From: Tubulanus polymorphus
Taxonomy: Eukaryota; Animalia; Nemertea
DNA: 64,000 bases
Direction of reading: 5' to 3'
NCBI RefSeq assembly: GCF_964204645.1
Contig: NC_134028.1
Coordinates: forward strand, 19,165,653 to 19,229,652
In this document: piece by piece, positions 1 through 11,000 of the stretch
How the letters are laid out: every line of letters begins with the position of its first letter
Numbering within the stretch: position 1 is the first letter of the stretch
The notes under the pieces: generated by a model
Seen by the model: only the letters and a program-made list of their open reading frames with translations
The model's database searches: none
What the model was told of the DNA's origin: nothing
Program-made: the position numbers and the translations under genes

Positions 1-14
1 GAAAAAATAGAGCG

Positions 15-92
15 GATAGTGCGAGACTCGAACCTGGGCCAGTATATTACTAATTCTAGCGCAGCGTCATCCCACTAGACCACCAAGCTTGC
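15..92 (-). mobile_element. tRNA-like Pol III head (probable SINE or tRNA-derived repeat), followed by degenerate CCCTAA-like repeats at ~128-173
   Basis: Minus strand reads TGGTCTAGTGG (A-box) ... GGTTCGAGTCT (B-box) at tRNA-like spacing, but there is no convincing anticodon arm or acceptor stem. Confidence 0.45.
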
Positions 93-429
93 TGAAAGCC
101 AACAAAATGTTGTAACTAGATATAGCACCTAACCTTACCCTGACCCTATCCCTAGGGGTAAACCCTAAACCCAATAAAATGATTTTATTGTTACTTTTAT
201 TAGTTTAAGTTAATATAATATATAGCAATGATGTTACGGTAAAATAGTGGAAGTAAACACTTTGCCGTATACGGTAAAATATCCACTGCACTATTGGAAT
301 GGAATGGACATGATGGAATTGGAAGGACAAAAACACAGGGGCTTGGATTTTTTTCCGGGTTGTTAATAATCTCGCGAAAATGGCGCTAAATTCGTACTGC
401 AAATAAATTCAAAATATCATGGAAACACC

Positions 430-553
430 TAGTCAGTAACCTGTCTGTGGTTTAGTTTCACGGTCGGATATTTTCACAAACTACATATTGGTAGGCTTGG
501 TGTAGCCCATCCGATTATAAAAAGCTTACCACCAATGATTAGGTAACTAACTA
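430..553. mobile_element. Short TAG...CTA element, family A (Academ-like, non-autonomous)
   Basis: TIRs TAGTCAGTAACCT / AGGTAACTAACTA. Left flank GGAAACACC (421-429) reappears at 1069-1077 once the nested 559-1066 insertion is removed. Confidence 0.6.
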
Positions 554-558
554 GGAAA

Positions 559-1066
559 GGTGTCGGGTCAAAACGTCCTCGCATACCCGGTCAAAATGTC
601 CTCACTTTCGTCGGTCGAAACTTCCTCACTCACGCCAGAATATCTTTATCATACAATAAATTCCGTCAATGCATATAGTTACTACTACTGTTAAATCCAA
701 GTTATAAGCTGAATATATGACCTTTAATATATATGGCGTATGAGGCATCGATCAATATTTACAAAAACAGAAAATGAAAGTATTTAAAACATAAGACAAA
801 CGTTATTTACAACATACTAATTACATACTATCGGAGGAGGGATCTAAATACATCTAAAAAAAATTCAGATTTTTTAAAGCATCAAGGTTCCTAAAGGTGA
901 CTATCGTGAGGTGCCGCCCTCTCTCCTCTACCGTTGATAGAGTGTGGAGAGAACATAAGCCCCTTATACAGATAAAGACGTTTTGACCGAGGACGTTTCG
1001 ACTGGAGGATGTTTAATTATTTGGCACAAGGACATTTTGACATGAGGACGTTATGACTGTGACTCC
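559..1066. mobile_element. MITE with subterminal GAGGAC/GTCCTC repeats, 7-bp TSD
   Basis: TIRs GGTGTCGGGTCAAAACGTCCTC / GAGGACGTTATGACTGTGACTCC; TAGGAAA duplicated at 552-558 and 1067-1073. Confidence 0.6.
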
Positions 1067-1575
1067 TAGGAAACACCTTGCGTTGATATTGTTTATATAT
1101 CCGCTATAAAGTTCCGATAAATAATTGGTCGTTAAGGATCCTTATCAAGTAGTTGCGACACCTCAGTAAGGCATCGCAAAGTTTAAAAGTAAGGCGTCGC
1201 GACTGCCTAATGATCCGTAACGACCAATGATGAATTGTTTATTGGAACTTTATAGCGGATAAATAAATAATATCACAAAGTATATCCGTGATATTTTAAA
1301 CTTATATCCACTTCAAATTTAGCGCCATTCTCGCGAGGTTATCAACAACCTGGAAATAAAATCACCCAAGCCCTTTGGCAATTTTTGCACAGGACGTTTT
1401 TTCTCGGATTTATTGCAGAATAACCACTCAAAACAGATACACTATCAAAAACCCCAGCAACTGTATCCCAAGCCCATCGGCGAGTGCCTGTGGCCTGGGC
1501 AAAAATTGCTTCTTTTTTACTTTGTCTTTATTTAGTTTAGTCTGCAAGTTACACAATTGAAAAAAATCAACCAAC

Positions 1576-1677
1576 TTTATTTTGGGCACGTATTTTGTCT
1601 TCTACAATATCTAAAAGAGAAGTTCGGCTGTCGATAAATGTATCTTCTTCATCGTGAGCGAGCCTATCGAAGTCCAT
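1576..1677 (-). CDS. Probable first coding exon of an unidentified gene continuing left out of the window (MDFDRLAHDEEDTFIDSRTSLLDIVEDKIRAQNK)
   Basis: ATG at 1677, 34 codons of protein-like composition in unique sequence, phase-0 donor AAA|GTTGGT, X-box-like motif 45 bp upstream. No homologue recognised. Confidence 0.4.
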
Positions 1678-1721
1678 ATCGATGCAATAATGATGATGAT
1701 TGAGTAGGATTTGTTATTTTT

Positions 1722-1734
1722 GTTGCCATGAAAT
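1722..1734. promoter_or_regulatory. RFX X-box-like motif GTTGCCATGAAAT
   Basis: Perfect GTTGCCATG half-site of the GTTGCCATGGCAAC consensus, just upstream of the - strand exon. Confidence 0.35.
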
Positions 1735-2579
1735 GCTCCATATGACCTTGGAGTTTTCAAACCGCGGTGTTGCGTGAGAAGTCCCGATTCATGAAGCGTC
1801 AATGTGAAGCGTCGGTTTAGGATTTACGACATTGCGATTTACGTTTAACCCATTTTAGCAATCAGGGGGAAGTTTGCTACTCCTCAGAAAAAAATATAGG
1901 AACCGAAACCATAGAACTCTTGAGTTCTATACCAGCAAAAGCCAAACGAAATGCGATCCTTTAGCCGGCAACGCGTGTAGACTGGTTGCCGGTCTTGACC
2001 TTCTGACTGCCGGCTAGAATTAAAAGAAAAACTAATTTATGAAAGGAAATTCGAATCATTTTGAATTTTATACTTTGGACTCATCCTGCCGTATTTTTTG
2101 CTATATGGGATCGCTGCCACTATATCGATTCCCTCCTAATTGGGATATTCTCGGAGCTACCCATAATTGAAACTTGTGCGCGCTCTATAGCGTTTCCCCG
2201 GATTTTTATAGTGGGTTGTCGTTGCATTTGGATTAATGGTATTATGATTATTGATGAATACTCCATCGCATCGCCTATTAAGAATTCTGTACTACTCACA
2301 GATCAGAGTTGTAGGTAATGTAAAAACGATATTCTGTTAATCCTATGTCTATAGATTATCGTTTTTACATTACCTACATACAACTCTGATACATTTACGA
2401 GCCCCTTTTTTGGTACTACTACTAGTAGTACTACTAGTACTAGTAGTACTACTAGGGATAATAGCAGATAGAATCTATCGTATTAACCTACAGGCTACAC
2501 TGTGTGATTTGTCGACAATGTTAGCTCTATTCCCTTCAATACGTTCCCTGTAAAAAAGAAACATACATAGGCCTAGCCG

Positions 2580-3426
2580 TAGTCAGTAACCTGTCTGTGG
2601 TTTAGTTTCACAATCGGATATTTTCACAAACCACAGTCAGGAATGGGAAGGTCATTTTTGTATGAAATCTTCGTCAGCCAATTTGACTGACTAGTAATTT
2701 GCCTGGCATTTCATTGTCTCTTAAGATATCCGTCTAATTTTTGTTGTAATCGATGCACAACAGATTCGTAGTTTGTCTGATACCTATAACACCTCACCTG
2801 ACGATCTTAATCCATGTGCAAATCGGCCGTAAAGTGAGAGTAAATTTCCGTCGGGTCAACAGCTGCCATTTTGAAAATTACTGGAGGTGCTGGCACCTGT
2901 GGACTGAGGCCAGGACAACAGCTCAAACTGACGAAGCGAAACGACGAAATTGAAAAAAATTAAGAAATCAACACTTATTCACATTTTTCTTTTACCAGGA
3001 TTTATTATTTCATTATTTATTATGGAAAACACGAAGATTTGAAATATAAGTTGGAAAACCATCAAAAATAAAAATTGTCGTTTCGTCTTGGAAGTTTTAT
3101 ATAAATCCTTGTAGGTCCCCTTGTCTTATCATGCCACATGTGCAATACAGAGAAATGGCGGCCAATGGCGAAATTGGTGGAGAAATTAATTAATTTCTCA
3201 AAATAATGTTCATTAACCACTCGAAACATACATAAAATTGGATTATTTCGAAAGGTACCTGTGTTAGTTTGTGAATTAAGCCATTAATTGTGGACTGAAG
3301 TGAATAGAAAGTATATTTTTGAAGTGTTACTTTTTTCAACCGTGTTTTGGTTCTTGTCATCCCTAACGTTGGTATAAGCCCATCCGATTATAAAAAGCTT
3401 ACCACCAACGATTAGGTAACTAACTA
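2580..3426. mobile_element. TAG...CTA element, family A (Academ-like), 9-bp TSD
   Basis: Same termini as 430-553; GCCTAGCCG duplicated at 2571-2579 and 3427-3435; a third 5' fragment lies at 6611-6648. Confidence 0.7.
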
Positions 3427-3604
3427 GCCTAGCCGATGCTAGCTTGGCCGGAATTGGCGGAAAACGCCAGAAATAAACGGTCATCCTTATTACCGAGATG
3501 ACGTATTTTACCGAGATCAACCGAGATGAAATTAAATATAACATATTTATTTATTCCTTATCGATTTTAACAATTGATATCATATTATATATCAGTAACA
3601 AATG

Positions 3605-6153
3605 AGAAGGGTCATTCTTAAGAATCCGCAGACCTGCCCTGAGAGGCCACATGGCTTCTCAGGGCAGAAACCTGCCCTGAGAGGCCATTGGCGCAATTAA
3701 GCAGTGTAAATGGAAAACTCGGCTATAATTCTGATGAAACGGCGAACTATCTCGCCGATGTTTGACATGCACATTGTCGAGTCATGAAATTAAATGGATT
3801 AAAATGAAATAAATTAAACGTATTGATATATCGAAACCTAACAAATAAAACAAAAGTAATATTTCAATTAACATTCATTCATAATAAGAAATGTATGTAG
3901 TTAACCGACGACGAAAAGTTATGGTGATTATATAAATTTCAAAGCATTAATTTAATAATTCAAATATCCTATAGGCCTACAGAAACAATTTGTGTCGTCC
4001 ACTGATATTAGTGTGTTTCAATATGCTGTATATTCTAATTCAACTGAATTTTTCGGGAGTTTCTACTGCTTTTGCAGAAACTCTATTGTAATTCTGCTGA
4101 TCATATTTTTCTTCTCCGGGGTAAGGGTTGGTTGATCATATGTCATATTATTATTTCGTTAGGTTAATTACCTGAGTGCAGGCCAACTTTAATCAGTTTT
4201 ATACTTTATCTAATGACAATGGCATAATTATAGTTGCCACATGCAATAAGGCATATGCAATTGAATCTAATCTGTTCAGCCCTGCGGGTTCAATTATATA
4301 CGTACCTAGTCTGCTGTCGTTACCTGCCCTGAGAGGCCAGTTTAACTGCTGCAGTTTGAGTTCTGATATCACCTGCCCTGAGAGGCCACTTCCATTCTGC
4401 AGATATCACCTGCCCTGAGAGGCCAGTTCAACTGCTGCAGTTTGACTTCTGATACCACCTGCCCTGAGAGGCCTGTTCAACTGCTGCAGTTTGACTTCTG
4501 ATATCACCTGCCCTGAGAGGCCACTTTCATTTTGCAGATATCAACCTGCCCTGAGAGGCCACTTTCATTCTGCACAAAATCAACCTGCCCTGAGAGGCCA
4601 GTTTAACTGCTGCTGTTTGAGTTCTGATACCACCTGCCCTGAGAGGGCAGTTTCATTCTGCAGATATCACCTGCCCTGAGAGGCCAGTTCAACTGCTGCA
4701 GTTTGACTTCTGATACCACCTGCCCTGAGAGGCCTGTTCAACTGCTGCAGTTTGACTGCTGATATCAACCTGCCCTGAGAGGCCAGTTCAACTGCTGCTG
4801 TTTGAGTTCTGATATCACCTGCCCTGAGAGGCCACTTTCATTTTGCAGATATCAACCTGCCCTGAGAGGCCTGTTCAACTGCTGCAGCTTGACTTCTGAT
4901 ATCAACTTGCCCTGAGAGGCCAGTTTAACTGCTGCAGTTTGAGTTCTGCAGATCACCTGCCCTGAGAGGCCAGTTTAACTGCTTCAGTTTGAGTTCTGCA
5001 GATCACCTGCCCTGAGAGGCCAGTTTAACTGCTGCAGTTTGAGTTCTGCAGATCATCTGCCCTGAGAGGCCAGTTCAACTGCTGCAGTTTGACTTCTGAT
5101 ATCAACCTGCCCTGAGAGGCCAGTTTCATTCTGCAGATATCACCTGCCCTGAGAGGCCAGTTCAACTGCTGCAGATTGACTTCCAATATCAACCTGCCCT
5201 GAGAGGCCAGTTTCGTTTCGATAATACAGATTTTTCCTACATTTGCAATCTAGGCTAGGCCTCACGCATGTTACCAAAATGATTTTAGAAAATGTGTCGT
5301 ATGTTTTATATTGACGTAATGAGCAATTGCGGCATGCTCTCCTCATCTCTTCGTCACCTCCCATTAATTTGTGAGCAAGCCGATAGCCAGTTTAATTACG
5401 ATGCGATAAGGACTTTGTTATTTAACACAAGTGCATTCATATTTATTGATGCAAACAATGTATAGAAATACGTATGCAAATGTAACACAAGAAAGTGAAG
5501 TGCAAAGAAATTAGAAGAAACATATAGCACGTTAATCATAAATTATAGATTACAAATAAAAACAGCGCCGCTTGGAATCATATAATTTAATTTTTACAAA
5601 AAACTTGTATCATCGTTATCATTAATTACCTAACATAGCAGCAAAATTCTATTCCTGAGAATAATTGTGATTTTTCTTCTTCATTAAGTTATAGATGAAA
5701 TTTTTTATGATGTTTTGATAAGAAATGTTCCCACAAGGAAAAGTTTTTTTCATTTCTTTATTTCTATGAAAAATATTAGTATTTTTTAATTTGTTTCTGA
5801 AAAATATCAATTCTAATTCTATTTTCTTATATATTTCAACAAAAATTCATATTTTGATTTTAGGTAACTTTTGTTTCCCTATCGTCTTGACTTTTTAACT
5901 GTTTTAGCTTAATATGATTAAAAGCATTTGTATATCTCAATTTATTTCTATAGAATACAGCGTAGTCTTCTATTGTATGATCGAAAACTTTAGTTTGAAT
6001 CTGAATATCCCGATCACCTTGCCGCCATTTCAGCTCACTCTGTTGTATGGGTTTTCATTTTCTATTGATTCAAACGACTGGCCTCTCAGGGCAGGTTCCT
6101 GCCCTGAGAAGCCATGTGGCCTCTCAGGGCAGGTTCTGGAAAATGACTCATAT
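3605..6153. mobile_element. Non-autonomous foldback/Mutator-like element with modular TIRs, 10-bp TSD and an internal tandem array
   Basis: ~70-bp TIRs (3609-3688, 6079-6149) built from ACCTGCCCTGAGAGGCCA modules; GTAACAAATG duplicated at 3595-3604 and 6154-6163; no transposase ORF. Confidence 0.7.
4322..5209 (+). repeat. Tandem array of 20 near-invariant ACCTGCCCTGAGAGGCCA cores with two linker classes (period ~49-50 or ~37-39 bp)
   Basis: Cores counted at 4322, 4371, 4408, 4457, 4506, 4544, 4583, 4632, 4669, 4718, 4768, 4817, 4855, 4905, 4955, 5005, 5055, 5105, 5142 and 5192. Confidence 0.9.
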
Positions 6154-6648
6154 GTAACAAATGCCTCCTGGAGTCATATTTTACATATTTTGTCGGATAT
6201 TTTTGTAGAAAAATAACTTAACTTTACCGAGATGAGATCGTCGATCAATCAAATTCAATGAAATTTTATTGCTAACCGAGTTTACGTATTTGAAGTCAAA
6301 ATTTTTTTAAATAAAAAAATATGTAAAATATGACTAGAAGGTATTTATTACTGATATAACATGATTTCAAGTGTTAAAATCGATAAGGAATAAATAAATA
6401 TGCTATATTTCATTATATCTCGGTTCATCCCGGTAAAATACGTCATCTCGGTAATAAGGATGACCCGAAATAAAGACTTTGAGAAACCATTAAGTGGCGC
6501 CCTCAACGGGAGATTCACCATCTTTTTACGCTGGCGTCGGTTTGAGCAAGGCTGCTTGAATTGTTGGAAAATCGGTTGAATTTATCGGTTGTTAAACGCC
6601 CGTCTGGTTGTAGTCAGTAACCTGTCTGTGGTTTAGTTTCACAATCGG

Positions 6649-7060
6649 TAGTCTGAATACCAGTCCCTACGTCTGGTGCCAAACTGACATATAGAGGTTA
6701 ACGCCTGTTTATTGCAATGCAACAACTGATTTTAGTGTCAAATCAAACCTTTGTACTAAAATAAATTATGTAGTTACCTTGTTGACTTTGAAAACTTGTT
6801 TAATTATAACATTTTTGATGATTTAAATTGGGAACCAGATAATTAATTGATTTTATTTGAATTGAATTGATTACCACAATCGAGATTTCTAATACGGACT
6901 AAATTGATAAAATGTGAAAATTCATTATGTCTCTCTAAAATTACTCTAAATGTTATTTTTTGTTGATAAAACGCATTAATTTTGGCGAATTTTACCTTAA
7001 GAATTTGAAACAAGAATAATATCTGCATTGGCATCAATGTCAGTCCAAGTTTAAGTCTGA
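6649..7060 (-). mobile_element. Partial copy of TAG...CTA family B element
   Basis: Reverse-complement match to 43790-44217; ORFs 6843..7037(-) and 43816..44049(+) are near-identical. Confidence 0.7.
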
Positions 7061-8057
7061 ATCCAATTTTTGATTGCTGCGGCCAAATACCAATTTTGGA
7101 CAGGTTCTAAATATTGCCATGGCGAATTTATTTTATTTCTTCAAAAACGTGGTAATCAAAGAAAAAAAAGTCATTCAGTAAAGTATTGCTGCGGCTTTCG
7201 TAGGTGCACTTCCAACACCATTGGTACGAATAGCCTCCGGAATATTATTCGTACAGGTCCTTACGAAAGCCACTATGTATAATTTACTACATGCTCAAGA
7301 TCTGAAGCAGGCCTAGGCTGATGCGGTAGTACCCCTCTGCTGGCTATCTATGTAGTAGGCCTAGTACAGAATTGAAGCCAAAAATTTTAATTTTAGGCCT
7401 TTCTGATTGCAGTCAGTATACGCTTAAATGGGATGCTTTTAACTAATAACATGTCGATCAATTTCTGAAGTCCCAGTCATGCATTGCAATGGAACATTGG
7501 AATAAAAAATCATTCAAGATCCCTTAACTGAATATGTGCCTATTAAATGCATAGCCACAGCTTCGTTTAACCATTTGGCCAGTAACACATGAAAAACAGA
7601 CAAGACGGATTTGTTCATTTTCAAGTTATTGCCATCAATATCATGCAAAATTGCATCATATAGCCTAATAGCTAATAGCTGGGCCTATGATATTGAATGT
7701 TACAAATGTCTTACTTCTGACTCCAATCTTAACCAAAGCCGTGACTTCTTAGGTTACTAAACAATGCAGGGGTCACACCTGCGGTACATGCGACCACTTA
7801 CACTTGTCAAGTGCCCTTTCCAATAAATTTCTCCCAATATACCACAGAAACGAAAATGTTCTAAAAAGATTCAGTGCATCGCCATAATCTCTATAGGGTA
7901 CAGCAGATATCATGATACACGTGTGCAGTAGTGCAGAGTCTATTTAATGACTGTGAACCACTGATCTTATAGTTAACTTTTTTTTACAGAGACAAGAATT
8001 CATTGGGGCCTATGCATTGATCTAAATGATTCTGAAATACCTGTACTGAATGAAAAC

Positions 8058-11000
8058 ATGATGGATGAAATAATGAAACTGTTTGATGATGACTACGTCG
8101 AAAATGAAATATCTTCAATGAGGATAGCTGCATTGATAGGAAAAGGATTTGTATCCAACATGAAATTAAACGGAAAACCACTTCTACCACCACTGGTAAG
8201 AATTCTGAACCTTGTTCGAAATTCTCCCTAGTTTAGTAAAATTCAGTTTGACTAAGTATTTTAATCAAAATTAATCTGGCATGGCATTTTGATTGTTTAA
8301 GAAATTTCCATCTGTGTTGACAAAAACAGAAACCTCCATTTGGGGATTGTTTGAAATTGACGTAATGGTTGAACTCTGTATTTTATGGTGTAAATCCACA
8401 AAATCATATAATCACAGTCTTAGCCGTATGGACTTATGTCCCAGTGGGTTATTGCGTTCACTTTTCGTACGTTTTTCCATGGACGTCGCAAATCACTTCA
8501 TACTTTCGGCGCTTGTTGTGCAAAACACAGGTTGTTTTCTGTTCTGGATCCCTTCTGGCATCGATGTGTTTTCATTCATTGTAGATGACTCCTCGAATAC
8601 GCGAAGAATGCAACACATACAAACATCAAGCTTTATTAGTCGAAAGTCGTATCAAAGCTAGGAAACGTGAAGAATTATTGGCAAAAGTTCAGCAGATTGT
8701 TGACAATTCTTCGACTACTACTGTTGTAAGTTTAACCTTATCTTGTAAAAGAGGGACTCGTGTATATTCGATACTTTATAGCCCATTTGGGACTTCAGTC
8801 ATCAGCAGCCATCTTAGTCTCATTAGTCCTCGTTCTTAATTTCTTATTTGGGAAAAGGATTTTTGGAGAAAATGTTCGACAGGCTTTGAAATCCAGGGAT
8901 GAGAATTCCCAGCGGATTTCGGTATTGAAAAATATCAATTTTCCAAATAGTCCAAAAATGATGTAAAAGTATGGGGGGGATGATCTCACTCAATTGGTCC
9001 GGCGTTTTCGGCGCGATCGGTAATCAGGTGAACCGTAAAAGCGTTCAGTGCCTGTTTTACTCATCGTCACGTAAAAGTATCGTATTTCAATGCATATTCA
9101 TTGCAACACAGTGATTTTGTATCTACATTTGTACTACGATCTTGATGAGTGTGTATGTATTTTATCGATCGGTTGCCGAACCGCGCGTGCGGCAACAGTA
9201 GTAATGTATATAGGCCTACTTACTGTTGCCGCGCGTGTGTGGCGAACGTCTTCGGATATTATACACTACTGGGTGATGATTTTTAGTGAGCATTCATCGG
9301 CGCATATTTACTGCAATAATTCAGGGCTCGACCCATAATGCATGAGATGTTGAATGTCATCGAATGAGGATGTACCACATTGGAACTAGCCATTACCTTC
9401 CAAAATATAATAGTCGTTCATGGGTTCAAGATCGCTCTAAGTGCTCGCATTTAATTTCTAGAATTTTCTTGGGGGAGGGCCGCCAAACCTCCCGAAATAG
9501 CTTCGCGCTTTTCGGCGCTCGCTAGTGCTGACGGCTATGCCGTCAACTTGTTCGCGTGTGTAACTCAAGAAAAAAAACCCGCGGATTTTACAGGTCGGCG
9601 TTCTCATCCCTGGAAATCATATTCAATAATTGTAAGAATTGTTATGGATCTAAAGTACAATGTTTCTCAATTTATGATTTGTTTCAGGGTTTTCAAAGGG
9701 CTTTCACAGTACCACCAATACACGATTACACAGACAGTGTAGACGTCAATCAGAGTTTTGATTTTGATTCTGGAGATATTCCAAAACCTTCAACGAGTCG
9801 GATGTCATCAGGTGGCACTGGTGGCGCAATTTCTCCTGGAGAGATAGAGCCAATGGCTAGTTACATATTCAGTAGTAGTGATAGCAGTGAATATCAACAG
9901 ACAGTGATAGCGCGGGACGAGTCGAGTCATTTCAAGCAAGTTGCAAAAATATTACGAGAAGAAAAGACACAGATTTCTCCCACAGATGATGTATTTGAAG
10001 AAGAGCTGTCAGCTTCATCATCAACTCCATCGTCAGCTCCATTGACGACAAAGTCAACAGTTGAAGAAACTACGAAAAAGCCAGCATCATTATTGGGAAA
10101 TGTCAGTTTAAGTCCTGTTAGTGACAAATCCTCTCGCGATCGAATCAGCTCTGGTAGCGATGTTGCAGAAAATAGTTTGATTCAAGATCAGTTGGCAGTT
10201 TCGAGTCGAGAAGATCATAATATGTTTATATCAGGTGATTCAGCTACGCTTTTATCCACTAACAGTACCGATATAATGCAGTACATGAATGGATCTGTTT
10301 CTACAATTAGTTCTACTGGCACCTTGCCAACAAGAGAGTCAATCTTACGGGATAGCGATACGATAGTCGGCAGTTCGGACCATGAGAATGATCACGATGT
10401 AACTGTCATTCAACGGGTGGAGGCCACATCTGAAGCATCAAATGATCCTCCAGTTGATTCTCAATCGCAACCGCATTCTGAGTTGGAAGTTCAGCAAAGA
10501 TCTGGAAAACAAGAACATTTGAAACGTTACTTACAACATTTGAGTCAACAACCACAACATATACCGTTGAGCATTAACAACCGAGGTGGTTCATCGGAGA
10601 GTTCCGATTCATCTACTTACGTCACAGCTCCGGAAACGATTCGAACTCACATGAATCCAAGTTCATTTTCCATGAACTACGATCACCACTCATCTGAACT
10701 GACTGACGAGGAATATCTACAACTGCAGACACAGCATTTCGACGAAATGCGTAAACGCCTCGAAGAACAACAGCGCGAACAGTTGGCTCAGTTGCTATGG
10801 GAACAACAACACGAACAGTATTTACTACAGTTGGAAATGCGCGAGCAGGAACGTCGGCTCAAGAAAGCTGAAGAGGAACTGCGCCAACAATCAGCGGTTA
10901 CTCAGCCATTATCGTCAACAACTGATCGCGGTACTGATGCCACACCTGAATCTCAAATCATCGATCATAAAACGAAACCTGAAACGGCATTCATACCTAA

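Larger units (their letters stand above)
334..1493. mobile_element. Foldback/MITE with long inverted arms hosting two nested insertions
   Basis: 337-420 is the inverted complement of ~1285-1373; inner palindrome 1085-1275; ends CACAGG...CCTGTGG resemble the element at 26207-27168; partial copy at ~57410-57512. Confidence 0.55.
3478..6466. mobile_element. Long-TIR MITE with 8-bp TSD, interrupted by the element at 3605-6153
   Basis: CGGTCATCCTTATTACCGAGATGACG... is inverted at 6310-6466 over ~150 bp; GAAATAAA duplicated at 3470-3477 and 6467-6474. Confidence 0.7.

Noticed and set aside
15-92. Functional tRNA gene
   Set aside because: A and B boxes are present but no cloverleaf can be drawn.
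2413-2456. ACT/AGT palindromic microsatellite
   Set aside because: Short simple repeat with no further structure.
2928-2950. Second hammerhead (CTGACGA AGC GAAA)
   Set aside because: No room for stem II and no NUH or stem I pairing.
4322-5209. CRISPR array
   Set aside because: Linkers are two recurring homologous classes rather than unique spacers, the repeat is the TIR module of the enclosing element, there are no cas genes and the DNA is eukaryotic.
4176-5364. ORFs with CPERP/PALRGQ repeats (4176, 4491, 5140; also 5914)
   Set aside because: Translations of the tandem array or TIR; unit lengths are mostly not multiples of three.
9556-9687. N-terminus of the 552-aa ORF
   Set aside because: Intronic/MITE sequence upstream of the acceptor at 9687; likewise 27440-27494 and 33964-34012 are intronic, and 39158-39238 is probably 5' UTR.
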